A stretch of 62,708 nt of DNA, filler included. It is 5 parts of 5 records of this genome, joined end to end, with 100 filler letters (N's around TTAATTAATTAA, not from the genome) between each part and the next. Parts side by side here need not be neighbours in the genome. Positions count along the whole stretch, not along the records: positions 1 to 16,163 come from SRR31156797_8272; positions 16,264 to 29,031 come from SRR31156797_8274; 3 more parts are not named here. One strand, 5' to 3'. Positions 10,900-21,463 of this stretch are shown here, in pieces. The notes beneath the pieces are model-generated. The model did not search any database. It saw only the letters and a program-made list of their open reading frames with translations, and had not been told where the DNA came from. The translations under genes were made by a program, and so were the position numbers. Position 1 is the stretch's first letter. Each line of letters begins with the position of its first letter.

Positions 10900-10932
10900 A
10901 ACCCCGGACAAATGTGTTTCGGGGTTTTTTTT
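10900..10932 (+). terminator. Intrinsic terminator
   Basis: ACCCCGGA...TTCGGGGT followed by a T run. Confidence 0.7.
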
Positions 10933-10989
10933 GACCATTTATTGTAATAAATTTGCCGATCTAATAAATTCGTAATTAATTTAATTCAA

Positions 10990-12675
10990 ATGTCTGACGA
11001 TAAAAAGATTATATTCTCAATGGTAGGGGTGAGCAAAGTTGTTCCTCCTCAAAAAAAGATCTTAAATAATATCTATTTATCCTTTTTTTACGGTGCTAAA
11101 ATTGGGATTATAGGTTTAAATGGTTCCGGTAAATCTACTTTAATGAAAATTATTGCCGGAGTAGAAAATGATTACCAGGGAGAAGTTGTTTCATCCCAGG
11201 ATTATTCTGTAGGTTACTTGGAACAGGAACCTATATTGGACGAGGATAAAACGGTGAAGGAAGTTGTACAGGAAGGTGTTCAGGAAGTTGTAGATGTACT
11301 TAATGATTACAATAAGGTAAACGAAAAATTCGCAGATCCTGAAGTGTTGGAAGATCCCGATAAAATGCAGGCATTAATGGATGAACAAGCACGTTTGCAA
11401 GAAAAAATCGATCAATATGATGCCTGGAACCTTGATTCAAAACTAGACAGAGCTATGGATGCTTTAAGGTGTCCTGAGGAAGATAAACAAGTTAAGTTTT
11501 TGTCCGGAGGAGAAAGAAGAAGGGTTGCTCTATGCCGATTGTTGCTTAAAGAACCGGATGTACTTCTGTTGGATGAGCCAACAAACCATTTAGATGCTGA
11601 ATCTGTTCAATGGCTCGAAATGCACTTGCAACAATATAAAGGAACGGTTATCTCCATAACTCATGATAGATACTTTTTGGATAATGTTGCAGGTTGGATT
11701 TTGGAATTAGATAGAGGCGAAGGTATTCCATGGAAAGGAAATTATTCTTCATGGTTAGAGCAGAAAACCAAAAGAATGGAGCAGGAAGAAAAAACGGTAT
11801 CTAAAAGACGCAAAACATTGGAACGTGAGTTGGAGTGGGTTAGAATGGCACCCAAAGCCCGTCATGCAAAATCTAAAGCAAGACTTTCTGCCTACGATAA
11901 GTTAATGGATGAAGATGTAAAGCAGAAGGAAGAAAAGCTGGAAATTTTTATTCCTAATGGACCACGTCTTGGAGAAAAAGTTATTGAATCCCATGATGTT
12001 GCTAAGGGTTTTGAAGATAGACTCTTATTTGAAAACCTTGAGTTTGTGTTGCCAAAGAATGGTATTGTTGGTGTAATTGGCCCTAATGGTGCAGGTAAAA
12101 CTACTTTATTCCGTATGATTATGGGAATGGAAAAAGTAGATAAGGGAACATTTGAGGTAGGAGAAACGGTAAAAACTGCTTATGTAGATCAAACCCATGA
12201 AGCCATTGATCCTGAGAAATCAATACATCAAGTGATTGCGGATGGACAGGAAACAATTAAAGTTGGCGGTAGAGAGATTAACTCAAGGGCGTATTTGTCA
12301 AGATTTAATTTTACAGGTGGTGATCAAGAGAAGAAGTGTGGCGTTTTATCAGGTGGAGAACGTAATAGGTTACATCTTGCCTTAACTCTAAAAGAAGAAG
12401 CCAATGTGTTATTGCTTGATGAGCCAACCAATGATATTGATGTGAATACCTTAAGGGCACTAGAGGAAGGTTTGGAAGATTTTGCAGGTTGTGCTGTTGT
12501 TATCTCACATGATAGATGGTTCTTAGATCGAATTGCGACTCATATTCTTGCTTTTGAAGGCGACTCAGGAGTGTATTATTTTGAAGGTTCTTTTAGCGAA
12601 TATGAAGAAAATAAGAAAAGACGTTTGGGTGATGTAACACCTAAGAGAATTAAATACAAAAAACTAATGAAATAA
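10990..12675 (+). CDS. ettA: ABC-F energy-dependent translational throttle protein EttA
   Basis: Two ABC domains (GLNGSGKST, GPNGAGKTT, LSGGE, LLLDEPTN), no TM segments, ELEWVR linker. Confidence 0.93.
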   Translation: MSDDKKIIFSMVGVSKVVPPQKKILNNIYLSFFYGAKIGIIGLNGSGKSTLMKIIAGVENDYQGEVVSSQDYSVGYLEQEPILDEDKTVKEVVQEGVQEVVDVLNDYNKVNEKFADPEVLEDPDKMQALMDEQARLQEKIDQYDAWNLDSKLDRAMDALRCPEEDKQVKFLSGGERRRVALCRLLLKEPDVLLLDEPTNHLDAESVQWLEMHLQQYKGTVISITHDRYFLDNVAGWILELDRGEGIPWKGNYSSWLEQKTKRMEQEEKTVSKRRKTLERELEWVRMAPKARHAKSKARLSAYDKLMDEDVKQKEEKLEIFIPNGPRLGEKVIESHDVAKGFEDRLLFENLEFVLPKNGIVGVIGPNGAGKTTLFRMIMGMEKVDKGTFEVGETVKTAYVDQTHEAIDPEKSIHQVIADGQETIKVGGREINSRAYLSRFNFTGGDQEKKCGVLSGGERNRLHLALTLKEEANVLLLDEPTNDIDVNTLRALEEGLEDFAGCAVVISHDRWFLDRIATHILAFEGDSGVYYFEGSFSEYEENKKRRLGDVTPKRIKYKKLMK

Positions 12676-12679
12676 ATGA

Positions 12680-12710
12680 AAAAGAGGGTGTCAAGTGACA
12701 CCCTCTTTTT
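12680..12710. terminator. Bidirectional intrinsic terminator
   Basis: AAAAGAGGGTGTCA-AG-TGACACCCTCTTTT. Confidence 0.85.
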
Positions 12711-12801
12711 GCTCTCCAGTATATATGTTACATCCATTTGTAATACATCTTTAATATCACTTTTAGAGTAAGTAGATAATTGTATAAAAGTGTTTGTTCA
12801 G

Positions 12802-13911
12802 TTAATAGACTTCAAAATTTTCATAGATGTTTTTTATCTCAACGGATGAAAAAACATCCATTATGTGATATATATCTATCTCTTTCATTCCTTTTAAGTT
12901 TACAGAACCATGTTTTTCATAAATAAAGTCGTGTTGAGTTAGATTATAGGTTTCACTACTAACCGCAATCTTCATGGGCGAACAATATGCTTGTATGCGA
13001 GAAGCTGTATTGACATTTTCGCCAAATATATCAAATAAGTAGTTTTCCAATCCAATTAAACTACCAATTACCTCTCCACTATTAATACCTATAGTTATTT
13101 CCCATTTGATTGGATTAACTGTGTTGCGCTCAAAAATAAATTGTCGAAAATCAATAGCAGCTTGAATTAAATTTTTAGCGTGGTTTTTATTTTCTTCAGG
13201 TACTCCTGAAACAGCCAGGTAGGCATCTCCAATGGTTTTAATACGAGTGCAATTGTATTTTTTAATAATCTTATCAAATGAAGAAAAAATATCGTTTAAT
13301 TCATTGATGAGTCTCTTTGGAGACATAGTGGTGGTTTTTTTAGTAAAGCCAACCAAATCTGTAAACATTACAGATGCATTTTTATATCGTTTAGGTTTTG
13401 AGGTTCCCGTTTCTTTGATCTCCTGAACTACTTTGGGAGGAATTAGGCCATTTAAAATTCTTTCTACTTTTTGTTGTTCTTGCTCAAGTTCGATTTGTTT
13501 TTGTTTTAGTGCTTCAAAAGTACTGGTTAAGGTTAATGCTGAACGAACACGAGCAACGAGTTCAATAGAATCAATTGGTTTTCTTATATAATCAATAGCA
13601 CCGGCTTCTAGTGCTTTCTGAACATTTACGGAATCTGAAAAACCAGATGAAATAATCACCGGGATATCTTTAGTTTTTTGGTTCTTTTTTAGTAAAGTTA
13701 GAGCTTCAATACCATTCATTTGTGGCATTTCCCAGTCCATAATTATTAAGTTAGGCTGAGATTGTCTGGCCATTTTACATGCTTCACGACCATTATGCGC
13801 TTTTAAATACAAAAAATTCTCATCCATCATTTCTAAATGAGAGATAATGATATCCATGATGATATCCATATCATCAACAAGTAGTATTTTCATAGGAGAC
13901 ACCATAGGCAT
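12802..13911 (-). CDS. Response regulator receiver + class III adenylate/guanylate cyclase
   Basis: REC (LLVDD, MDWEMP, KP); cyclase FTDLVGFT, IKTIGDAY, FDIFGENVNTASR. Confidence 0.9.
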   Translation of the reverse strand: MPMVSPMKILLVDDMDIIMDIIISHLEMMDENFLYLKAHNGREACKMARQSQPNLIIMDWEMPQMNGIEALTLLKKNQKTKDIPVIISSGFSDSVNVQKALEAGAIDYIRKPIDSIELVARVRSALTLTSTFEALKQKQIELEQEQQKVERILNGLIPPKVVQEIKETGTSKPKRYKNASVMFTDLVGFTKKTTTMSPKRLINELNDIFSSFDKIIKKYNCTRIKTIGDAYLAVSGVPEENKNHAKNLIQAAIDFRQFIFERNTVNPIKWEITIGINSGEVIGSLIGLENYLFDIFGENVNTASRIQAYCSPMKIAVSSETYNLTQHDFIYEKHGSVNLKGMKEIDIYHIMDVFSSVEIKNIYENFEVY

Positions 13912-13920
13912 TCTCTTAAA

Positions 13921-15054
13921 TTAGGTATTAATACATGATTTAAAATCTAATTCCAATTTGTTTGAGATTGGTTTGTTAAGATTTGAATCGAGTCCGGTTT
14001 GGCTAATACTTGATTTTAGATAATACATTCTTTTAACACCAAGCCCTTTAACGTCGTTAGGTAAGCGTTCGATAAACCTGAATTTATGACGTGTAAGCAT
14101 ATAGGTGTTTTGAGCGATGTTTATTTGATTTGGTTCACAGTTTTTCTCCATGCGCGAAGCCACATTTACTGTATCTCCAAAAACATCAAATAAAAAATTA
14201 TTAGAACCCAATACGCTACCGATTATTTCACCTGAATTAATACCAATTTTAGCTTCCCATTGCACTGGTTTAATGCGGTTGCGCTGAATTAGATAATCTC
14301 TCATTTCATTGGCTGCATTAATAATATTGGCAGCATGATCTTTGTTAGGACTAGGTATCCCAGAAACTGCTAAATACCCATCGCCCATAGTTTTAATCCT
14401 GGTACAATCGTGTTTTTGGGTAATGCTATCGAATGCTGAAAAAATTTCAGATAATTCTTCGATAATTATTTTAGGAGAAAGCTTAGTTGTTTTTTTTGTA
14501 AAATCTACCAAGTCAACAAATAATACTGAAGCCTCTCTGTATTTTTTTGGTTTTGATTCACCGGATTCAGTAAATTCATGAATTATTTCTTTGGGTATTA
14601 AACCAGATAAAACATCTTGAATTTTACTTTGATTCTCATTGATGACTCTGGTTTGTTTATCTAATTTATCAATGGTACTAGAAACGGTTAACGCTGTTCT
14701 AACTCGTGCAAATAATTCTATGTTTTTATATGGTTTCTGAATAAAATCTAAGGCTCCTGCTTCTAATGTTGATTTTATTTTACCTGGGGAAGATTCCTGA
14801 AAAGAAACGATAACAGGGGTGTTCCAGTTCTGCTTTGTGTCCTTAATAGCAACTATTTTAGTAATTATATCACTGGTTGTTTTTTCACAATCAATAATTA
14901 CTACACTAAATTTAGTGTTGTTAAGCTCACTAAAAGACTCCTCACAGGTTTTATTAATAATCAGCCACTCTTCATCAAACTCCAAAAGTCTTCTTCTTAC
15001 AACCTGTAAGTTTATTGTATCGTTCCCTATTAGCAGTATTTTAACTGTGTTCAT
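13921..15054 (-). CDS. Atypical receiver + class III adenylate/guanylate cyclase
   Basis: Cyclase FVDLVDFT, IKTMGDGY, FDVFGDTVNVASR; degenerate REC (LLIGND). Confidence 0.88.
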   Translation of the reverse strand: MNTVKILLIGNDTINLQVVRRRLLEFDEEWLIINKTCEESFSELNNTKFSVVIIDCEKTTSDIITKIVAIKDTKQNWNTPVIVSFQESSPGKIKSTLEAGALDFIQKPYKNIELFARVRTALTVSSTIDKLDKQTRVINENQSKIQDVLSGLIPKEIIHEFTESGESKPKKYREASVLFVDLVDFTKKTTKLSPKIIIEELSEIFSAFDSITQKHDCTRIKTMGDGYLAVSGIPSPNKDHAANIINAANEMRDYLIQRNRIKPVQWEAKIGINSGEIIGSVLGSNNFLFDVFGDTVNVASRMEKNCEPNQINIAQNTYMLTRHKFRFIERLPNDVKGLGVKRMYYLKSSISQTGLDSNLNKPISNKLELDFKSCINT

Positions 15055-15416
15055 TTCTTCCCGTCTAGTGAATAAGCATTAAATGTTTATCCAATTGTTA
15101 CAATCGTTTTTCTATTTTTACATAAAAACGTTAAAACAGTTTTTATTTAGTGGTGAATACTTGGAATTTTGTTGCCGGCTACATTTTTTTGGGGATAAAT
15201 ATTCCAAGTCGAGTAAAAAGTATAGTTGGAGAGGCGGGAGTATCTCTAATTTATTTTAGAAATTCGTCTTTATTTCGATTTGTAATTGTAGGAGAAGCTA
15301 TATTTTAACGTGGAGTTGAAATGTCCTTTTATTGTTAAGTTCTTATGAGCTGAAAATGTAGGTTTTAATCAGTTTTGGCTGAATAAATAGCCATTTTTAA
15401 TCAATAAAAAACTAAT

Positions 15417-15896
15417 ATGAAATTTATAGAGCGTGATCAACTAGATCAGTTAACATCAGAAGCCCAGCAAAATTCCCGAAAAAGGAAAAATTTCAATTTT
15501 CATTTTGGAGATCAAGATCCTGTTCAGCGTATGCTGAATGCTTTTGAACCCAACACTTATGTGCGACCACATACACATATTAATCCTGATAAAAGAGAAG
15601 TATTTATTATTCTAAGGGGACGCTTGTTAGTCATCTTTTTTAATGAGAAAGGAGATATAACTAAGCATGTTGTTTTAGATAACGAAAAAGGAACTTATGG
15701 GGTAGAGATTGCTCCTGGTGAGTGGCATACGGCTACCGGTTTGGAAAAAGGAACGGTAGTGTATGAAATTAAGGATGGTCCGTATTTTCAATCAGAGGAT
15801 AAGAACTTTGCATCCTGGGCTCCGGAAGAAGGAACTGCCGGGACAGAAGCCTTGGTCCAAAGCTGGTTAAAACAACTCGGTTTTTCAACGGAATAA
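15417..15896 (+). CDS. WbuC family cupin-fold metalloprotein
   Basis: RKRKNFNFH, QRMLNA, YVRPHTH, WH, YEIKDGPY motifs. Confidence 0.88.
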   Translation: MKFIERDQLDQLTSEAQQNSRKRKNFNFHFGDQDPVQRMLNAFEPNTYVRPHTHINPDKREVFIILRGRLLVIFFNEKGDITKHVVLDNEKGTYGVEIAPGEWHTATGLEKGTVVYEIKDGPYFQSEDKNFASWAPEEGTAGTEALVQSWLKQLGFSTE

Positions 15897-15917
15897 TCAA
15901 AGTTGTTTTTCTTCTAG

Positions 15918-15940
15918 TTTGAAATAATTGAATAACTTTG
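15918..15940 (+). promoter_or_regulatory. Bacteroidota sigma-70-type promoter (-33 TTTG / -7 TAnnTTTG) for hisS
   Basis: TAACTTTG at 15933-15940 with a TTTG upstream. Confidence 0.55.
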
Positions 15941-15968
15941 CGCCTCAATAAAATTAAAAAGTAAAAGA

Positions 15969-16163
15969 ATGGCTCAAAAACCCAGTATACCTAAAGGAAC
16001 GAGAGATTTTTCGCCAGTTGAAATGGCAAAAAGAAATTTTATTTTCGATACGATTAAGTCTGTATTCTTAAAGTATGGTTACCAGCCAATTGAAACTCCG
16101 GCAATGGAAAACCTATCTACTTTGATGGGTAAGTATGGAGAAGAAGGAGATAAATTACTTTTT
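15969..16163 (+). CDS. hisS: Histidine--tRNA ligase, N-terminal fragment cut by contig end
   Basis: PKGTRDF...GY..IETP...[12 protein letters not shown]. Confidence 0.93.
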
Positions 16164-16263
16164 NNNNNNNNNNNNNNNNNNNNNNNNNNNNNNNNNNNNN
16201 NNNNNNNTTAATTAATTAANNNNNNNNNNNNNNNNNNNNNNNNNNNNNNNNNNNNNNNNNNNN
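16164..16263. other. Artificial contig linker
   Basis: 100 nt of N surrounding TTAATTAATTAA. Confidence 0.98.
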
Positions 16264-16280
16264 ACCTTATGAGAATTTAA

Positions 16281-17364
16281 ATGATTTCAACACTCTTTTA
16301 TAGCAGCAGCAAGGCCCAATTTCATGAAAAGTGCACCATTGTACCATGAATTGAAAAAGCAGGATTGGGCTGAACCGGTTATCGTTCATACAGGGCAGCA
16401 TTACGACCTGAATATGTCTGATGTGTTTTTTAAAAATTTCAACCTTCCGGAACCCCATATTCATTTAGGCGTAGGCAGCGGTTCCCATGCCCAGCAGACA
16501 GGCAACGTTATGATTGCCTATGAAAAAGTCCTTATGGAACAGCCGCCGGATCTTGTAGTCGTGGTTGGAGACGTCAACTCAACGGTTGCAGCAAGTCTTG
16601 CGGCGGTAAAGCTTGGGATAAAGGTGGCTCATCTTGAAGCCGGACTGAGATCCTTTGACCGCACCATGCCCGAGGAAATAAATCGAATCGTAACAGATTC
16701 CATTGCCGATTATTTGTGGACCCCTTCCATTGATGGTAATGAAAATCTTGAAAAAGAAGGGGTGGATTCAGGGAAAGTCACATTGGTTGGCAATATCATG
16801 ATAGATTCCCTTGTCATGGCCCAGGAAAATATTGAACCGCTTGAGGTCTATCAAAATTTTAATTGTTCTGCCAAAGGATACGGGCTTGTGACAATGCACA
16901 GGCCATCCAATGTTGATGATAAACAGACCCTCAAGGCCATCTGCGATTGCCTTTCAAAAATATCTGAAAAGCTTCCTTTGATATTTCCGGTTCATCCGAG
17001 AACCTCAGGTCGCCTGGATGAATTTGGAATTGACATACTTGAAAGAGCTGGACAGATCCATTTGACAAATCCCCTTGGATATAATGATTTTATGAATCTT
17101 GTCATGAATAGCCGCCTGATTATAACGGACTCCGGAGGAGTTCAGGAGGAAACTACATATCTTCAGATTCCCTGCATTACTTTACGGCCGAATACAGAAC
17201 GTCCGGTGACCGTAACCCAAGGGTCTAACAGGCTATGCAATCCGGAACAACTTTTAGAAGAAGTAGAATCAGCACTTGACGGAGAACATATTGCAACCCA
17301 GATTCCAGAGCTGTGGGACGGGAAAACAGCTAGGCGAATTGCTGAACTAATAAAGGCAATTTAA
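16281..17364 (+). CDS. wecB: UDP-N-acetylglucosamine 2-epimerase (non-hydrolysing)
   Basis: AAARPNFMK, HTGQHYD, HLEAGLRS, PEEINR, DSGGVQEE; the ATG at 16281 is out of frame by one base near the contig end. Confidence 0.92.
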
Positions 17365-17365
17365 G

Positions 17366-18538
17366 TTGGAAATATTGGAGCATATAAAAGCCATTCCTGA
17401 ATTTAATTTTATTCTTTTGTGTTCTTCCTTCCGGCCTTGTCCGGAAAAGATGAATAAAATAAAGGCTATTGCTGCACATCCTCTTGACTGGAATTTGGTA
17501 TTTGAAGAGTCTTTGTATCAAAAGGTTTTTCCCCTTGTATATCAAAATATTATAACGATTGTACCCAATGCTCCCCCCTCCGAAATTTTTAAAAAATATC
17601 AAGCAATCTATGCAAAGAATGCCACAAAAAATCTTTACTATTCTGCTTTTTTGATCAGGATTAGTAAGTTGTTTAATGAACACAATATTAGAAGTTTACC
17701 GTTTAAAGGTCCGATTCTGTCTGAAGACCTGTATGGCGGCATTGAGTTTAGACAATTTTCGGATCTCGACATACTGGTTTCAAGAAAGGACGCGATTGAC
17801 GCATGGCAATTATTGTTAGATAGTGGTTTTCAGGGCGAGTTAACTTTAAACAAAAGCCAGAGGGCAGCATATATTAAAGTCGAAGACCATATTGCCTTGT
17901 CGCGGAAAAATATGGTTGTTGAACTGCACTGGGAAATGTCAGGTTTATATACCCTAAGGCAGGTATTATACGAAACAGTTTCCAATGATTTAAATCAGCT
18001 TAATTTTTCAGGTCAAAACCTTTTCAATCTTTCTACAGAGCATTTGGTTGTATATTTGAGCGTACATGCGTGCAAACATGGTTGGGCAAATCTTGAAGCG
18101 GTGGCTAATCTTTCAGAGCTTTTAAAAAGAGATTATGATTTAGATAAAATTATAGATTTGGCATCAAAATGGAAATGTAAAAGAATGTTAAACCTTGGAC
18201 TTTACCTTTCCCATAAATTGTTTGGCACTACGATGCCAGGGGATTTGCAGTTTTATAAAAATAGTGTGCTATCCGAAATTGGGAATAACGTTTCCGCGGT
18301 AATGTTTAAAAATTTAATCAACCTGAAAGTCAAAGACACTGCAAATCGATTTTCATTTTTCCATTTAAAAGTAAGGGATTCTTTTACAGATAAATTTAAA
18401 TATGCTTTCAGGCTTATTTTCAGACCAACTGATAAGGATTGGCTGTGTTGTCCTGTGCCAGGGCGGGTTGGGTTCATTCATTATTTCATAAGGCCTTTTA
18501 GATTAATTTACATACAATTCGGTAAATTATATGCTTAG
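17366..18538 (+). CDS. Nucleotidyltransferase family protein (NTP_transf_5-like)
   Basis: PFKG...LY...R..SDLDILV and VELHW motifs. Confidence 0.8.
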   Translation: MEILEHIKAIPEFNFILLCSSFRPCPEKMNKIKAIAAHPLDWNLVFEESLYQKVFPLVYQNIITIVPNAPPSEIFKKYQAIYAKNATKNLYYSAFLIRISKLFNEHNIRSLPFKGPILSEDLYGGIEFRQFSDLDILVSRKDAIDAWQLLLDSGFQGELTLNKSQRAAYIKVEDHIALSRKNMVVELHWEMSGLYTLRQVLYETVSNDLNQLNFSGQNLFNLSTEHLVVYLSVHACKHGWANLEAVANLSELLKRDYDLDKIIDLASKWKCKRMLNLGLYLSHKLFGTTMPGDLQFYKNSVLSEIGNNVSAVMFKNLINLKVKDTANRFSFFHLKVRDSFTDKFKYAFRLIFRPTDKDWLCCPVPGRVGFIHYFIRPFRLIYIQFGKLYA

Positions 18539-19973
18539 AGAGAACAGTTCATTTATTGTAGATTTACAAAAAATTCTTGATATTGGTATTACAGCTTTTT
18601 CTTTTATCGCTGCGTATTTTATCAAGCGGCATTCTATCCCCGGACGTTTAGGCAATTTATCAAATGATCCCAATTATTATATCATTCTGCTGCTTATTAT
18701 CATTGCATGGTATATTGCTTTCAAATGGATGGGTATGTACATGACCTATCGACAGGGAAAGTTCTGGCGGTTTTTTATTACAATTGTTAAATCCTGTCTG
18801 CTGGGCATGATTCTGGTTAGTATGTTCATGTATGTACTTCATATTAAGGGCGTCAGTCGCTTGCTCATGGGGATATTTTTAATATTAAACATAGGGCTTT
18901 TGACGCTTTCAAAATTTATTGTGTTCAAGATCCTTGAACGGATTCGCACAAGCGGATATAACTCGCGCAATGTTTTGGTCGTCGGGAGTCGGGAGCGTGC
19001 AAAAGACTTGATTCGGGCCGTAGAAAGATCCCAGGGATCAGGTTACAAGATTCTTGGTTGCTTTGATGTGGACGAAGCTGTGGTAGGGCATTCTGTCATC
19101 AACGGACATAAAGTTATCGGAGTTGTCGGCGAACTTGAAAATTATTTTCGGAATAATATCGTCGATGAATTAATTTTTGCCATACCATTGAAACAAATTG
19201 AGCGGGGGGATCGATATATCGCCTTGGCGGAAAGTATGGGAATCAAGGTTCGTATCATCCCGGACTGGGAGATTCATTATCTGATGTATCGGCCTAATAT
19301 TGCAACGATCCGTTTTGAGGAGTTTTTAGGCATATATAACATGGCTTTACAGTCAACTCCTCAAAACGAAGGGGCGATGCTCTTAAAGACTGTTTTTGAT
19401 TATGTGGTGGCTGCTGTACTGACGTTGCTGCTTTTGCCGGTATTCGGAATCATTGGCTACGCCATAAAAAGAAAATCATCCGGCCCTGTTTTTTATACCC
19501 AGGAACGGCTGGGAATGAATGGCCGAAAATTTTTGGTATACAAGTTCAGGACCATGGTTTCTAACGCCGATGAACTGCGAAAAGAACTTGAAGAGATGAA
19601 CGAGATGGACGGCCCGGTGTTCAAAATCAAGGATGATCCCCGGATCATTCCCGGGATTGGTCATTTTCTGCGAAAAACCTCTCTTGATGAGCTGCCCCAG
19701 CTGTTTAATGTTCTCAGAGGAGAGATGTGTCTGGTGGGGCCAAGACCCCCTATTCCCAAGGAAGTGGATGAGTATTCGGTCTGGCACCGGCGGCGGCTCT
19801 CCATGAAGCCGGGCATGACATGCCTGTGGCAAATAGCACCCAATCGTAATGACTTAAGTTTTGACGAATGGATGAAGCTGGATTTAAAGTACATTGATAA
19901 CTGGTCCCTGTTCAATGACGTCAAAATTTTGGTACTGACAGCCGGGGCTGTCCTGACCCGGTCTGGTAGGTAG
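18531..19973 (+). CDS. Undecaprenyl-phosphate priming sugar transferase (WcaJ/WbaP type)
   Basis: TM region, Rossmann-like domain, KFRTM, DDPR, RKTSLDELPQL, GPRP. Confidence 0.93.
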   Translation: MLRENSSFIVDLQKILDIGITAFSFIAAYFIKRHSIPGRLGNLSNDPNYYIILLLIIIAWYIAFKWMGMYMTYRQGKFWRFFITIVKSCLLGMILVSMFMYVLHIKGVSRLLMGIFLILNIGLLTLSKFIVFKILERIRTSGYNSRNVLVVGSRERAKDLIRAVERSQGSGYKILGCFDVDEAVVGHSVINGHKVIGVVGELENYFRNNIVDELIFAIPLKQIERGDRYIALAESMGIKVRIIPDWEIHYLMYRPNIATIRFEEFLGIYNMALQSTPQNEGAMLLKTVFDYVVAAVLTLLLLPVFGIIGYAIKRKSSGPVFYTQERLGMNGRKFLVYKFRTMVSNADELRKELEEMNEMDGPVFKIKDDPRIIPGIGHFLRKTSLDELPQLFNVLRGEMCLVGPRPPIPKEVDEYSVWHRRRLSMKPGMTCLWQIAPNRNDLSFDEWMKLDLKYIDNWSLFNDVKILVLTAGAVLTRSGR

Positions 19974-19996
19974 ATTCAAAGTCTTTATTTTCATTC

Positions 19997-21037
19997 ATGA
20001 GATACTTTTTTGTTATTTTTGTTTTCCTGGCCCTTGGCACGGTGCTCAGCCATAAATGGATAGACCAATATGAAGCAGTTGGCGCGGATATGCTCACAGA
20101 TCAATGGCAGGTGCGGGCCGGAACAGACTGTCAGGGCGTTGTACAAAACAACTGTCTCTATCTCGAATCGAAAAAACCTCTTAAAAGCGTAAGTATGCGT
20201 CAGGACGTGACCGGATTTAGACCGGGGATGCTCCTTTTTTTATCAGCAAAAATGAGGTGCGAAAAGGTAGCACCCGGGCCAAAACCATGGAACAGGGCAA
20301 GGCTGCTGCTGGTGCAGAATGACGGGAAAAAGGATCGATGGGATTTTTTCCATACTGTTGGGAATTCTTTTAAAGGTTCTATGAACTGGAAACGGTTTGG
20401 TACCGGTTTTACTGTGAACCCATTAACTGAAAAGTTACGTGTGGTGGCGCAGATGAGCCGATGCCAGGGCTGGTTTGAAGCAAAGGAAATTCACCTTGTG
20501 CCTGTCATTGAAAGATTAGTCTATATCTGGGCACAAAGGATTGTTTTGTTTTTATGGGCTGTATTCGGCTTTGTTTTTGTCAGCGTTTTTTTTGTCCGGA
20601 TCAGGAATTCAATTCTCCTTAAAGTTGCTTTGGGTCTATCTTTTGCCTGCATTATTATCGGCACCACCATGCCGGCGGAAATGAAAAATAAAATGACTAA
20701 AGAGGTCAAGGCTGGTGCTGAATTTGCGAAAGAAACAATTGTACCGCCAGATAAACACAGAATTCCATGGCAGCCTGATAAGGTCGGCCATTTCTGTTTT
20801 TTTGGTATGTTTGGATTTATATTGATCTGTATTTTGGGCAGGGACAATGGATTTACTGTTCTGGTATACATACTTATGGTTTCAGCAGGCACGGAGTTAG
20901 TTCAGGTATATATTGACGGACGTTCAGGGCGTTTAAGTGACTTTTTTATTGATGCCGGCGGGGGCTGCCTGGGGACAATGATCGCTGTACTGGGCCAGAG
21001 TCTGAAAAACAAAAAAATCAAAAGAGGATGGAGATGA
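19997..21037 (+). CDS. VanZ family membrane protein with periplasmic beta-sandwich domain
   Basis: C-terminal DKVGHF...TELVQ...GRSG..SDFFID..G VanZ motif. Confidence 0.8.
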   Translation: MRYFFVIFVFLALGTVLSHKWIDQYEAVGADMLTDQWQVRAGTDCQGVVQNNCLYLESKKPLKSVSMRQDVTGFRPGMLLFLSAKMRCEKVAPGPKPWNRARLLLVQNDGKKDRWDFFHTVGNSFKGSMNWKRFGTGFTVNPLTEKLRVVAQMSRCQGWFEAKEIHLVPVIERLVYIWAQRIVLFLWAVFGFVFVSVFFVRIRNSILLKVALGLSFACIIIGTTMPAEMKNKMTKEVKAGAEFAKETIVPPDKHRIPWQPDKVGHFCFFGMFGFILICILGRDNGFTVLVYILMVSAGTELVQVYIDGRSGRLSDFFIDAGGGCLGTMIAVLGQSLKNKKIKRGWR

Positions 21038-21351
21038 AAAAAGATTTTCTTATAATCATGGTTTTATTGGTCCTTGCCGTTGTGGGGGTTTATGTGTCAT
21101 GCACTGGCACAGAAACAGACAAAATTGGAGAAAACAAAATTAATACAACAATATTAATTACACCTGGCAGGGATACAATAAATGCCGCCCTGCTGGTGGC
21201 CACCAATGACGATAGACCTGCAAGGGGCTGTCCCTGCCCAAGGCCCAGGAATTTTGAAAAATGTAAGGCAACAACGGAGGGCTGCAAACTCTGGAGCAGT
21301 TGGAAAGGGTCTGCTGACTGTGTTTCACTGCATCTTGAAACCTGTATATAA
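21034..21351 (+). CDS. Small exported cysteine-rich protein
   Basis: Hydrophobic N-terminus, six C-terminal Cys; overlaps the vanZ stop. Confidence 0.55.
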   Translation: MKKDFLIIMVLLVLAVVGVYVSCTGTETDKIGENKINTTILITPGRDTINAALLVATNDDRPARGCPCPRPRNFEKCKATTEGCKLWSSWKGSADCVSLHLETCI

Positions 21352-21394
21352 AAGGAATGATTTTTTTGAGGAATGAGTCCGGAATACTTAACCT

Positions 21395-21463
21395 GGGAGC
21401 GCGGGCGTCTCACCCGCATCGTTACAATACTTGCAGGCATGCGGGCGGGACGCCCGCGCTCCC
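21395..21463. repeat. REP/REPIN-like inverted repeat
   Basis: 25-nt arms GGGAGCGCGGGCGTCTCACCCGCAT / ATGCGGGCGGGACGCCCGCGCTCCC, GC-rich in an AT-rich context. Confidence 0.8.

Noticed and set aside
16208-16219. TTAATTAATTAA as a biological repeat
   Set aside because: It is the synthetic all-frame stop inside each N linker.
16281-16323. Programmed frameshift or phase variation at the wecB start
   Set aside because: The one-base offset lies within ~40 nt of a contig end in a short T run; an assembly error is more likely.
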